Of a stretch of 64,000 nt of DNA, positions 52,204 through 64,000 are shown in pieces (within the stretch, counting starts at the first letter, position 1; each line of letters opens with the position of its first letter). The DNA comes from Octopus bimaculoides. Lineage: Eukaryota. The position numbers were made by a program, and so were the translations under genes. A model generated the notes under the pieces. It was not told the origin of the DNA and searched no databases. It was given only the letters and a program-made list of their open reading frames with translations. The stretch covers positions 28,697,498-28,761,497 of the forward strand of contig NC_069003.1 of NCBI RefSeq assembly GCF_001194135.2, in the 5' to 3' direction.

Positions 52204-53822
52204 ACTTTCAAGTCGTCGTTGACTTAGGATAATCCTTCTTACCTTTTCGTATAAATTGGACAGTAAAAATTAATACGATAATATACAGTATGGAAGTATA
52301 AATGTAAAATGTTAGTGCTAATACATAGACTACGCGCGTTTCATGGCTGAAATATGACTATATAAAATCATAAGCAACCATTATCAATCGACAGATTAAA
52401 TTTAGAGAAGCTTATTTTGGGACTATCACTAGACATATTCATTAAACCGTGCTAGACCTCATTTTTGGCGTAAAAAATATAGCCACGTAGTAGGAAAGAT
52501 ACAATTTTTTCTTAATTTACTAATCATGAGAAAATAAACATTTAGACAGCCTTGACATTAAAGTATGGACGTAGCGGAGAACATTTCCAAATCTGAACAC
52601 GAGATCATTCTCATCAAAACGAATCCAATACTAAACTGTGTCATGATCTCTCTATAAAAACTACACAACTTTAGAATTCCAGTCAGAAGCAAGGCAGTTG
52701 TAGCATAACTCCTCGTCTTTATATCTCAAATTTTTTAAATCACAGAAATCTATGAGACCGGTTAAGTCTATAAAAATTTTGGTGTTTAAAAATGTAAAAA
52801 AAAGCTACTCGGATCCCAGTGCATTTTATACTTTCTGTCTGTATTTTTACCCTTGTCGAATAAAATAACATTCTTCTCTCTCTCTCTCTCTTTCTATCTG
52901 TCTATTTCTATTTATCTACTTCTTTCTTTCTTTATTTATTTCTTTCTTTCTTTCTTTCTTTCTTTCTATCTATCTATCTATCTATCTANNNNNNNNNNAT
53001 ATATATGTTCTAATTGCGTAACAGGATTTCCTCTTTTGCAGACCAATCAATAGTTCGTTACTTAAACGCACCAGGATGATACTAATTCTAATTTCAGTCT
53101 CGTAAAACTATCACTTCCCATTATATAAATACCCACAGACATATGTGTCTGTGTATGTGTGCGATTTTGTGTTTCTCTCTACGCGCGTGGGTGCGATTGT
53201 GCGTGCGTGTGTGGTGTGTGGTATGTGTGGATATATTCTCTTTACAATTGAGACTATTTGTATTTCAAATTTATGTTCTCTTTTCTTTGATATTCTTTGA
53301 GTAGTTTTGAATACAAGTTGATTTATCTTTTTACAGATTTTAATCTTCGTTCATTTAGAATGAAATAAACATGTTTCTTTTCAAATATTTCGTATGCTTT
53401 CCCTATCTCTCTATCTCTCTCGCTGTTCCACTCTGTATAAACGAAAACACAAACACATAATATATATAACTCTTTTTGTTTACATAGAAATTTGAGCAAT
53501 TATACTTAATGTGTATTTCCAAGTAATATTTATGTGATAAAGTATGTTTTGTAGTTTACTTGAAAGCACATATATAATTTTTAGCTTTAATAAAAATTTC
53601 AACGAAATCGCTGATATACGATTCTAATAATACATTAAAGAGATGATTTTTACCAGTAAATATACTGACATTTAGACCCCATAGAGAAATATTTATTAGA
53701 ATTACTTTGCAAATCTATTTGTTATTCTGGCTACAACAACAATGAACCTGAAAGTAAAACTTAAATTCGAATATAATAATATACCTACGTAAGCATAAAA
53801 CTACTTATATCTGTCTATCTCT

Positions 53823-53868
<46 letters not shown>

Positions 53869-54881
53869 ATATATATNNNNNNNNNNNNNNNNNNNNNNNN
53901 NNNNNNNNNNNNNNNNNNNNNNNNNNNNNNNNNNNNNNNNNNNNNNNNNNNNNNNNNNNNNNNNNNNNNNNNNNNNNNNNNNNNNNNNNNNNNNNNNNNN
54001 NNNNNNNNNNNNNNNNNNNNNNNNNNNNNNNNNNNNNNNNNNNNNNNNNNNNNNNNNNNNNNNNNNNNNNNNNNNNNNNNNNNNNNNNNNNNNNNNNNNN
54101 NNNNNNNNNNNNNNNNNNNNNNNNNNNNNNNNNNNNNNNNNNNNNNNNNNNNNNNNNNNNNNNNNNNNNNNNNNNNNNNNNNNNNNNNNNNNNNNNNNNN
54201 NNNNNNNNNNNNNNNNNNNNNNNNNNNNNNNNNNNNNNNNNNNNNNNNNNNNNNNNNNNNNNNNNNNNNNNNNNNNNNNNNNNNNNNNNNNNNNNNNNNN
54301 NNNNNNNNNNNNNNNNNNNNNNNNNNNNNNNNNNNNNNNNNNNNNNNNNNNNNNNNNNNNNNNNNNNNNNNNNNNNNNNNNNNNNNNNNNNNNNNNNNNN
54401 NNNNNNNNNNNNNNNNNNNNNNNNNNNNNNNNNNNNNNNNNNNNNNNNNNNNNNNNNNNNNNNNNNNNNNNNNNNNNNNNNNNNNNNNNNNNNNNNNNNN
54501 NNNNNNNNNNNNNNNNNNNNNNNNNNNNNNNNNNNNNNNNNNNNNNNNNNNNNNNNNNNNNNNNNNNNNNNNNNNNNNNNNNNNNNNNNNNNNNNNNNNN
54601 NNNNNNNNNNNNNNNNNNNNNNNNNNNNNNNNNNNNNNNNNNNNNNNNNNNNNNNNNNNNNNNNNNNNNNNNNNNNNNNNNNNNNNNNNNNNNNNNNNNN
54701 NNNNNNNNNNNNNNNNNNNNNNNNNNNNNNNNNNNNNNNNNNNNNNNNNNNNNNNNNNNNNNNNNNNNNNNNNNNNNNNNNNNNNNNNNNNNNNNNNNNN
54801 NNNNNNNNNNNNNNNNNNNNNNNNNNNNNNNNNNNNNNNNNNNNNNTATATATATATATATATACAAATATGCATACATAC

Positions 54882-54944
<63 letters not shown>

Positions 54945-55244
54945 GAGAGAAAGAGAGCACTCACATATATAGTTTTCTACGTATAGATGAGTATATAGGC
55001 ATATCAATAACAAATTTGAAATGAACTCAAGTGCAAAACCCAAAAAAGTTTAACCGATGTTCATATTAGATATGTTTGACTCTCGGAGAAAAAAAGTTGT
55101 AATGCGAAATTTTTGAGTAAAGTTATCGCGGCTCCGGTATTACAGACGCAAGACATATTCTTCAAACCGTGCCAACTGTCAGGAAGCATAAGAATATTCC
55201 GAAACCGACATAGTGAGATAATACCTTTAGTTACGTTTGCTTAC

Positions 55245-55391
55245 TTGGAAATCCAGCCGGAAAATGTAGGTGTATTTTCTTCTGATATGACCCTGCAGAA
55301 GAGGTGTCTGAGTATCTACCGACCATACATCCCAGGAATAACTGGCATCGAATATGGTTAAATAATGGTAGTGCTCGGTGAATTGGTGGCA
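55245..55391 (-). CDS. Candidate 147-bp exon
   Basis: attaatacag| ... |gtaagc; length divisible by 3; two open frames (CHQFTEHYHYLTIFDASYSWDVWSVDTQTPLL.. and PPIHRALPLFNHIRCQLFLG..). The polypyrimidine tract is weak. Confidence 0.2.
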
Positions 55392-55441
55392 CTGTATTAA
55401 TATCAGCATCACAATTTGTATATAACTAATATATTTATGTA

Positions 55442-55730
55442 GTAAAGATTGTTTGCCAACATAACATGGCAGTCCTGGTTTAGGACTAATGCTGCTGTAA
55501 TTTAGCCACAGGAAATATCGTCTCCTGCCGGTGAAGGGAAATAACCCAGAAATCGTGATACACAGATATTGTTTTCAGCTGAGTGGGGATGCTAGATTCC
55601 CGTGTTTGAAAATATAAGGACACAGATCGTGTCGTATAGCCAGCTGGAGACGATGTCTACTGGGGCTAAATTGCAGCAACATCAGTCTTAAACCAGGAAT
55701 GCCATGTTATTTTGGGCAAACAATCTTTAC
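55442..55730. mobile_element. MITE with ~87-bp imperfect TIRs, flanked by TA
   Basis: TA|GTAAAGATTGTTTGCC..TAACATGGCAGTCCTGGTTTA.. pairs with ..AAACCAGGAATGCCATGTTA..GGCAAACAATCTTTAC|TA; TA flanks fit Tc1/mariner targeting. Confidence 0.8.
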
Positions 55731-55788
55731 TACAAAGTAGTGTTGCTCAATATCCCACGTTGTGAGATTTAAGAATAGTAATTTTTTA

Positions 55789-55827
<39 letters not shown>

Positions 55828-56110
55828 AAAAAACTTGTTTGTGACAAAGTCATCATTCCTTTGGCATATTACGAAGATGGCAACAATGTACAAACGTCTG
55901 GCTGGTCGGTTTCTGAGATTTTTGAGAACAAGGAAGAATACAATTGAACGCTATGCTCTCCTGGTTGGCCATATGTTAAAGGTTAGGTTAAAACTAAGAT
56001 AAAGCGGTGAAACATTGTTTATATTAAGTTGGCGTCTGTTTAAAGTAGTCACTGACGTCAAATTAGTTCCCAAGAGCAAATTTCTCTTAATATTACGTGA
56101 ATGTATGATG

Positions 56111-56308
56111 ATGGGCTGACAGAAACCGTAGCACACCGGTAAATGCTTAGCGGCATTTCGTCCATGTTTACGTTCTGACTTCAAATTCCGCCGAGGACGA
56201 CTTGATTTTCATCCTATCGGAGTCGATAAAATAAGTACCATTGCATAACTGAGGTCGATGTAATCGACTTCCCCGAAACTGCTAGCCTTGTGTCAAAATT
56301 TGAAACCG
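56111..56308 (+). mobile_element. SINE family A
   Basis: ATGCTTAGCGGCATTTCG..ACTTCAAATTCCGCCGAGG..GTCGATAAAATAAGTACC..GCCTTGTGTCAAAATTTGAAACC. Confidence 0.88.
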
Positions 56309-56749
56309 ATATTCCCTCAACGTATTTAAAATTAAAATGTTGAGCGATGTATGGTAGCAAGAGGGCGTTAAAAATGTGTTAGTAAAACAACAGGACGACA
56401 GTTAAAACACTGAGAAACACTATACTAATAAATGTGATTGAATCACCTCCTTTATTACCATATAATAACAACATAGAAATAAAGAACTTCTCGCTCATAA
56501 TTAAACAACATAACACCGTAACAAATATTGACTCCAGTAACCAAATGAAACACAAAACAAAATTAAGTACCTGCAAAATTGTGCTTAACAAAAACAAACA
56601 ACGGTGTGAATGGCATCGCAAAGTTCAAACAACCACAACTCAAACATTAAGTTTGGTGTGGTATATTAAAATCAACCCGAATGAATAATATTAAATGTTC
56701 AAATCTTCCGTGTGTCTATTTAATTATGGTGTTTCTTTTTTATATTTAT

Positions 56750-57150
56750 GTTCTACTTGTTTCAGTCATTAGACAGAGGCCATGCTGGAGTACAGACTTA
56801 AAGAATTTTACTCGTTGGAATCGATCCCAGTACATTTTTCTTTTAAAACTGGTACTTATTCTATCGGACTCAGAGGCCGAACTGCTAAGTTACTGGGACT
56901 TAAACACACCAACACTTGTTTCGAGTAGAGGCGATGGAAAAACACATACACAGAAACACATACACAAACGTACACATACACACTCTTACACACCAGGCTT
57001 TCTGTTTCTGCCAACCAAATCCGCTCATAAGGCCTTGGTCGCGCCATGGTTGTAGTAAAATAAAATTACTGAAGTTGTAACACTGTGAACCTAAACGCAG
57101 AACCATGTAATTGGGAAGTAAAGTTTTACCACACAACCACGCCTGCGCCC
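56750..57150 (-). mobile_element. SINE family B, full length with internal CA-rich linker
   Basis: The head at the right end (ACCACACAACCACGCCTGCGCC) matches the reverse complement of 43733 onward. The tail at the left end reads CTCCAGCATGGCC..GACTGAAACAAGTAGAA on the minus strand. Confidence 0.8.
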
Positions 57151-58252
57151 GTGATAAAGTAGGTTTGAATTTCAAAATAAATTCACAAAACTTCTTCGTT
57201 TCTGTTCAGTATGCATCCTGCGTGCATCGAATTTATTGTTATAATTAGGTTTAAACGTGACTGGAATTAAAGGAAAAGAGGGGAAAATAGAGATCATATC
57301 AAGTGAGAGTTTTATACGTTCGGTTGTGAAATGCAATGGAGAATAGATAATAGGAACGACATTCTCATGTGAAAATAAAAATTTTCATTTTTTAATAATC
57401 ATGTTATATTGAAAGGTATACATACNNNNNNNNNNNNNNNNNNNNNNNNNNNNNNNNNNNNNNNNNNNNNNNNNNNNNNNNNNNNNNNNNNNNNNNNNNN
57501 NNNNNNNNNNNNNNNNNNNNNNNNNNNNNNNNNNNNNNNNNNNNNNNNNNNNNNNNNNNNNNNNNNNNNNNNNNNNNNNNNNNNNNNNNNNNNNNNNNNN
57601 NNNNNNNNNNNNNNNNNNNNNNNNNNNNNNNNNNNNNNNNNNNNNNNNNNNNNNNNNNNNNNNNNNNNNNNNNNNNNNNNNNNNNNNNNNNNNNNNNNNN
57701 NNNNNNNNNNNNNNNNNNNNNNNNNNNNNNNNNNNNNNNNNNNNNNNNNNNNNNNNNNNNNNNNNNNNNNNNNNNNNNNNNNNNNNNNNNNNNNNNNNNN
57801 NNNNNNNNNNNNNNNNNNNNNNNNNNNNNNNNNNNNNNNNNNNNNNNNNNNNNNNNNNNNNNNNNNNNNNNNNNNNNNNNNNNNNNNNNNNNNNNNNNNN
57901 NNNNNNNNNNNNNNNNNNNNNNNNNNNNNNNNNNNNNNNNNNNNNNNNNNNNNNNNNNNNNNNNNNNNNNNNNNNNNNNNNNNNNNNNNNNNNNNNNNNN
58001 NNNNNNNNNNNNNNNNNNNNNNNNNNNNNNNNNNNNNNNNNNNNNNNNNNNNNNNNNNNNNNNNNNNNNNNNNNNNNNNNNNNNNNNNNNNNNNNNNNNN
58101 NNNNNNNNNNNNNNNNNNNNNNNNNNNNNNNNNNNNNNNNNNNNNNNNNNNNNNNNNNNNNNNNNNNNNNNNNNNNNNNNNNNNNNNNNNNNNNNNNNNN
58201 NNNNNNNNNNNNNNNNNNNNNNNNNNNNNNATATATATATATATACGTGTAT

Positions 58253-58360
58253 AAGGGATGACCACTAGGTGGACATCCAATATGCTAGAAAGAGGTCATC
58301 AACGACCCAACCACAAAGAAAAATAATGTTCTCCAGAAAAATTTCGCAAAACGCCAAAAC
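58253..58360 (+). mobile_element. Interspersed repeat end, copy 2 of 8409-8530
   Basis: AAGGGATGACCACTAGGTGGACATCCAATATGCTAGAAAGAGGTCATC..ACCACAAAGAAAATAATGTTCTC. Confidence 0.65.
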
Positions 58361-59950
58361 AAACGAAACATGTAGATATGACTTACATCCCTTTTATCTT
58401 TATTATATTACGTCATACTTAACATTCTGTCAAATTTTGTATATTCTTGGATTTGTGGAATACCAAATACTGAGGACTTCCATTTGTTGATAAGTCCACC
58501 ATGCTAACTGAATGGATTGTTTATCTGTTGATATTTGTTGTAATGTTTAACCATCAAGTGTGGTATGCTGCACTTTGATGAGCTTCGATCTATTAAATGA
58601 ATCTCCATTAATCATCGCATATATGCATCGCTGTTTATGCTATGAGATACAATGCAGTCAGAGCTGAGTATCACCATATAGGAGAAACAGGTATAAGGTG
58701 TCATTCATACAATCTGTTCTTACACTCTGTACCCGACTACCACTTTTGTCTGAAGCTTACGGATAATGAGATGAAGCACCGGGTTAATATTATCGTAATG
58801 TTTAAACGAAAAACAACTGCAAATACACACCACACACATCTTAATAATACTAAAACTCCAGAGATGTTTGTGTGTACCCGAAATATATCAGAAATAGTAT
58901 ATTTTATCTTTATTTTTTTGAATATTTATTTTCATAATTACGTTCAACGGCGCAGTACAAATTTTTGTGATATCTGAACTTTTATTCATTAATAAAAATG
59001 ATTAAGCAGAATTTTTGTTTGTTATTTCTTGACAAAAAAAAAAACATGGCTTCCGTGACATCAACACACATGCACACATACAGAATGCACACACATATAA
59101 TGAATGTCCAGCACAAACGCACGTCCGCTATCTGTGACATATACACACACATTGTCTTGGAGCTCTCTAAGACCAATAAACATCGACTTGTTGACGTGCA
59201 CAATATTTTAATCATTTAGAAATATTTTTAACTGAACGTGATTTCAAAAACGTAAGTTGTTTGTGCAGTAGGTATTTATGTTTTAGCTTTCTTTAAACAG
59301 ACAATATTCTAATGTTTTATAAAATTATTTTCATGTGAACGGCGACCTTTCTCTTTGACTCTCAGAGCTGTCATCCGGAATTCGTTAATTTCCATACAAA
59401 ATTTTTATTTATTTACTTTTGTTTTAAAGTGAAAGAGAGGAGAAAGAGAATGATGTATGTACGTGTATATGAAATGGACGTGTTTGCGTGAGAAAGAGAG
59501 AGGAAGAGAGAGAGAAGGAAAAAGAGAGAGAAAGAAAGAATCAGTAAGTGAAGGGGTGTGCTGTCTTGTATACATACATAAATCAGTACATATGCGTAAT
59601 CTTGTTTTGTATGTACGTGTGCATGTATGTGTGTGTGTATGAGAGAGAGGGATTGAGGGAACGCGTGTCTTCTCATGTATGTGTAAGTGGCTCTCTCTCT
59701 CTCACACACACATATACACATCCATTTTATATACATGATCATTCATCTTTCACTTTCTCCTCTCTTTCAATTTAGAGTAAAAGTAAATAAATAAAAACTT
59801 TTTACGAAAATTAACGAACAAAACCAGGTGACCCGTATGACATATGTGAGAGACAAAGCAACAGCTCTGAGAGTCAAGTCGAAAGATCACCACAAAGGAG
59901 TGCCATTACAATTTTCTTTTTTTGGAATGCATTGAAAGTATCTCAGCTCC

Positions 59951-60069
59951 AAAGATTTGGTTACTATTTCTAGTACGCCCTGCTACCACGTAACAACTAT
60001 TTGCGATAAAGAACCGGAAATACCTGTTACGTGGTAGCAGAGAATGCAAGAAATAGCAGTCAAATCTTT
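59951..60069. repeat. Imperfect inverted repeat, 45-bp arms, 29-nt loop (MITE-like)
   Basis: Perfect inner 16 bp CTGCTACCACGTAACA / TGTTACGTGGTAGCAG; outer part diverged. Confidence 0.8.
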
Positions 60070-60410
60070 TCTTTTCTGGGGAAAGGAGCTATTTACGCGT
60101 GATTTCGATGCCACATTCGTTGAAAGCATGTATAGGTATGTATGTATGTATGTATGTATTTAGGAATACTTGACTTCAAAACAGAAGGTTGCATTTAAAA
60201 GATTTTAGGCTTTTTGCAGAATACACAAGTAAAACTTAATAAATCCACAATGGGGTGTTTTGATCTCTAATCATACAAAGAATTGAAAATTGTTTATGCG
60301 CTTGACATTTTCCAGCACCTGGAAAGAATTGTTAGAGGAAGTGAGGAATCTTTGTTGCAAACAGAGAATGTACCCAAAGGTTTTGAAAGATTCGAATAGT
60401 ATATCATCAC

Positions 60411-60567
60411 ATCGACCCAAGTGCCCAATGGTACTTTTTTTATCGACCCCAAGAGAATGAAAGGCAAAGTCAACTTCGGTGGAATTTGAATTTGGAACGT
60501 GAAAACCGACGAAATGCCGCTAAGCATTTTGTCCGGTATGCTAACGATTCTGACAGCATGCCGCCTT
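60411..60567 (-). mobile_element. SINE family A
   Basis: TTTATCGACCCC..GAAAGGCAAAGTCAACTTCGGTGGAATTTGAA..GACGAAATGCCGCTAAGCATTTTG..GCTAACGATTCTG. Confidence 0.88.
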
Positions 60568-61719
60568 CCTTAGCGGATTGATAATAATCACCGACATTAA
60601 TGTATTTCATGAATTAGCTGGGTATATCAGAGTTTATAAAGTGGAAGAGCATCATATTCAAGCTTGTGTTATCGGGATGTGAACTTTCATTATGACTTTT
60701 GCTTTCCTACTGTGCTGTTTTAACGTCATTCAAAGCTACACAATGTTTCGCTGCTTTGATCTTAAAATATTGATATCTACAATAGACCTGTAGACTGAAT
60801 CAGTATATTTTATGTCTTAATCTCTATTTCTTACTTTGACTGTTGCTTTACACTCTAAGAAATAATATGAGTTTTATGGGAAAGCTAAGAAGTTCTTTTT
60901 TTTTTTCGGATACCGCTAAAAAGATCACCGGCGATTACACGATATTTCTGCAAGCTGAAATAAAATCTAGTGTCTTCTGAATGTAGCTACTCTATTGTGA
61001 GATATAATATATACATATAAATATATGAAGAAATGATAAAATGAGTTTTTGCATACATTCCAAGAACGTAAATGTAACAATGAAGCACAATCGATTCTTG
61101 GTCGTTTGTGAAAAAATTGTGAGATTTTTCGATGTCACAAGAATAAAATAAAAAGAATCTTATTACATTTAAATATGTTGAAATGAATGGTTGTTTTCGA
61201 AAGAATTAAGTTGAAATAACCATACATCTAGACGTCTATTATTATGTGTAGACTTTACAAACGATTATGTCATTCCTGAGAATAATCAATGGGATATATG
61301 CCTCCAGTGTATCACTATCCGAATATATTGTTTACTATCTATTCAACTATAATTCTGCCTGTGTATTTTCTAAAGCTACGTCTTCTTTATAATTCCAATC
61401 ATATGGCAAGTTAACTGACTCATTCTCTTGAGGAACTTTTCTTTATCAGGCAGTTCCATTGATATAATTTAATGCTGACCTATAGCAATGAACGATCTAC
61501 TATTTATTTCTCAGTTGCACAGTTGCATAAGGAATGCGGTAATGGAGAGTTGGGGGTTGTTGAAAATTTTTTTCTTGCAGGAATATGTTGATGAATTGAA
61601 TATACAAAAAAACATCTATTTTATTTATATTGGTTTACAAATAAATCAATAACATTATTTTCACATCAAATTATGCTTCATTGCATAAATATCAAGCGTA
61701 CAAGATAATCCAGATCCTA

Positions 61720-61940
61720 TGATATGGGTTGTGCATTTCGAGAAACAGGAAATGGAGGAGAAACAGTGAACGGTGACGCCATTATGCTCTGTAACGATGT
61801 ATCTCACTAGCTTCTCGACCGAAGAACCTTGAGATGACTCTTATACACATGATTACGGGCACTGCATAAATACACGGCACTCCTCCACAAGATGTGCAGT
61901 GAGCCACTGACTACCGCTGGAATTTTATAAGCAACAATAC
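61720..61940 (+). mobile_element. Possible highly decayed Tc1/mariner catalytic-domain fragment
   Basis: FRETGNGGETVNGDAIML recalls the TVNG..Y..ML motif, and a downstream PLEFY recalls PLDFF; many lesions. Confidence 0.3.
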
Positions 61941-62397
61941 TATTGTTTAGAAATTCGATACCAAACTATTTTATATTTGAGCTTCGGGAATGTAGGTAAA
62001 TTTTAAGCAAGCAGTAAGATTTTAAAAGATACATGGGAGTCTAAAAAACGATGATTGAAGAAAGTATGAAAAACTTAGAATACAGTGAGGCAAGTGTTCC
62101 AGTTAATAAAGAGATTGTTGTCCAGAAATATCAATGGTACCTGCAAACCTCTCGGCAAAAAGGCTAACTAGAGTCTTACAATAAGTAACAAACACAAGAA
62201 AACAAAAACCCAAAATATATTGGAAAATGCATGTCGGTGATATACAAAAACTCACTTAAGATTTGTATGTTTTCCATATGGAACGAGAATTTGAGATACA
62301 AGAATCCGATATGTATCATACAACTCTCAGACTAATTGTATTTAATAAAAAAAATTACTTATTTACCTAAGTTTAAGCATCATGTCTCTCGAAATAA

Positions 62398-63000
62398 TCA
62401 TATTGCGCAGTAATACATCGCTCTCAGCCTTCCTACTCCTTTTGGAATGCGACCTGGAAGTAATTTTACGTAGTCGAGTCGAGGACCTTCTGCGATTCGC
62501 TGCGACTCGACAACGGTGTTAAAACGGCCACCTTTGCGCTGTGTTTTCATCTCGAGGAAGAGTTGGAAGTCCGCAAGTGGTAAATATGGGGAATATGACG
62601 GGTGCGGAAGCGATAACATGTTTCTGTCGAGAAATTTACAAGTGAGGAGAGCTCAGTGACAGGGTGTATTGTAGTTGTGAAGAATGCAATTCTTCGCGCT
62701 CCACACATCTGGTCGATATCATCGAATATTCTCTTTCAAAAGCTTCAAAACGTCGCTGTAGAACTCATGATTGACGGCCTGACCCTGAGGAATGAATTCG
62801 TGTCGAAACTTTTAGCGGTTGTAAAAAACAAAAACGATGAGCATACTCTTGATTGAACTGCGGCTCTGTCGTGCGCCTGTTCAATTAAAAACATTGCGTA
62901 CGACCCAGTGCTTCGTCACCGTAAGCTTGCAGAAGCATGCTCAATGTCTCTGTAGCAGACTTAACAAGTTTATCGTAAAATTCCACGAACATGACAAAAA
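62398..63000 (-). mobile_element. mariner transposase pseudogene, internally deleted
   Basis: Minus strand KLVKSATETLSMLLQAYGDEALGRTQCF (HTH), then SKSMLIVF..HEFIPQGQAVNHEFYSDVLKLLKENIR*YRP..W..ILHNYNTPCH, then LPHPSYSPYLPLADFQLFLEMKTQRKGGRF (YSPDL-type motif). Confidence 0.9.
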
Positions 63001-64000
63001 TCGCAGACCAGACCACAACATACACCTAATCACCAAAACCCAAATTCTAAAACATGCGAAATAAATACAGCGATGTCACTCCGAATATTACCCCAGGAAG
63101 AGGACTACTATCTCTTACTGAACACGTAACGAGGTGGTGCTATCCGCTGGCGTGCTAAAGAGCTAGTCCGGGATATTTGTGTGTGTGTGTATGCGTGTGT
63201 GTGTGTGTGTGTGTGTGACAGTGTATATATATATATATATATATATATTTATGTAAGCATACGCAGGACACATGCACAAGTATGCAAATATTTGTCACTG
63301 TACAGGTATGCATATATACACATGCACACACACACACATATGTATACCATATATGTGTGTGTGTGTTTGTGTGTTTGTGTGTTTGTGTGTTTGTGTGTTT
63401 GTGTGTGTGTGAAATTATAAATCACTTGCGTACGACGGGGAATTTTAGATACAGTCTTATAATCAAGTTGTTTAATGCAATCTTATTAAATGTCAATAAT
63501 ACAGACGAAACATATTAGATACATGAGAAAATCTCGAGAAAGGGAAAATTCCAGAGCCAGACAAATTCGTGACAGCGAAAAATATAATGCGAAATAACTT
63601 GGAATAGACTGTAGATATAATGGATTAATGAAACTAATATAAATGAGTAGACAATTTCAATAAGTTAATGATACGTCGCTGAGAATACACGAACAAAGAT
63701 GACATTTTTTACTAATACAACAAGAAATATGGTTGTGGTATTATCGGTTTAACTCTTCATGATTGTGTAAATGAACTTCCACGTGAAAAGTTATCCATCT
63801 TCACCTATTCTATTCAATGTATTAACCAAACTTATTTAAGTTACAATCCCTGTCATCTTAGAAATAAGACGGTTAACATTAAAAATGCACACAAACAAAC
63901 AGGCAAAGACAAACACGTATATAATTTATACGCGTATATAATTTAGTAGGATCAGTCGAGTGATCGTAGTAAAACGCAGTTTGTAAATCACTAGCGTAAA

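Overview
AT-rich, gap-ridden animal genomic DNA with no complete gene, rRNA, true tRNA or CRISPR array. Dense microsatellites and tRNA-headed SINE families suggest a coleoid cephalopod such as Octopus (inference). Eighteen N-gaps, nearly all abutting microsatellites, explain the long ORFs in the track. Recognisable content is mostly decayed mobile DNA: about four SINE families, CR1-like and RTE-like LINE 3' ends, pogo/Tigger and mariner/Tc1 remnants, MITEs, and an internally deleted Penelope-like element (PLE; RT plus GIY-YIG pieces). The main unexplained signal is a set of minimal type I hammerhead-ribozyme (HHR) motifs with self-complementary helix III. One has a fully canonical core (13064-13114); variant or decayed ones lie at 1-34, 5167-5206, 7719-7763, 28809-28836, 30674-30713 and 33206-33234, some inside short inverted-repeat elements. 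Also notable are a ~1.7 kb foldback with ~600 bp arms (44938-46609), a LINE 3' tail shared with SINEs, and a few unverified minus-strand exon candidates (best 43202-43279). All analysis was by eye, and repeat boundaries are approximate.
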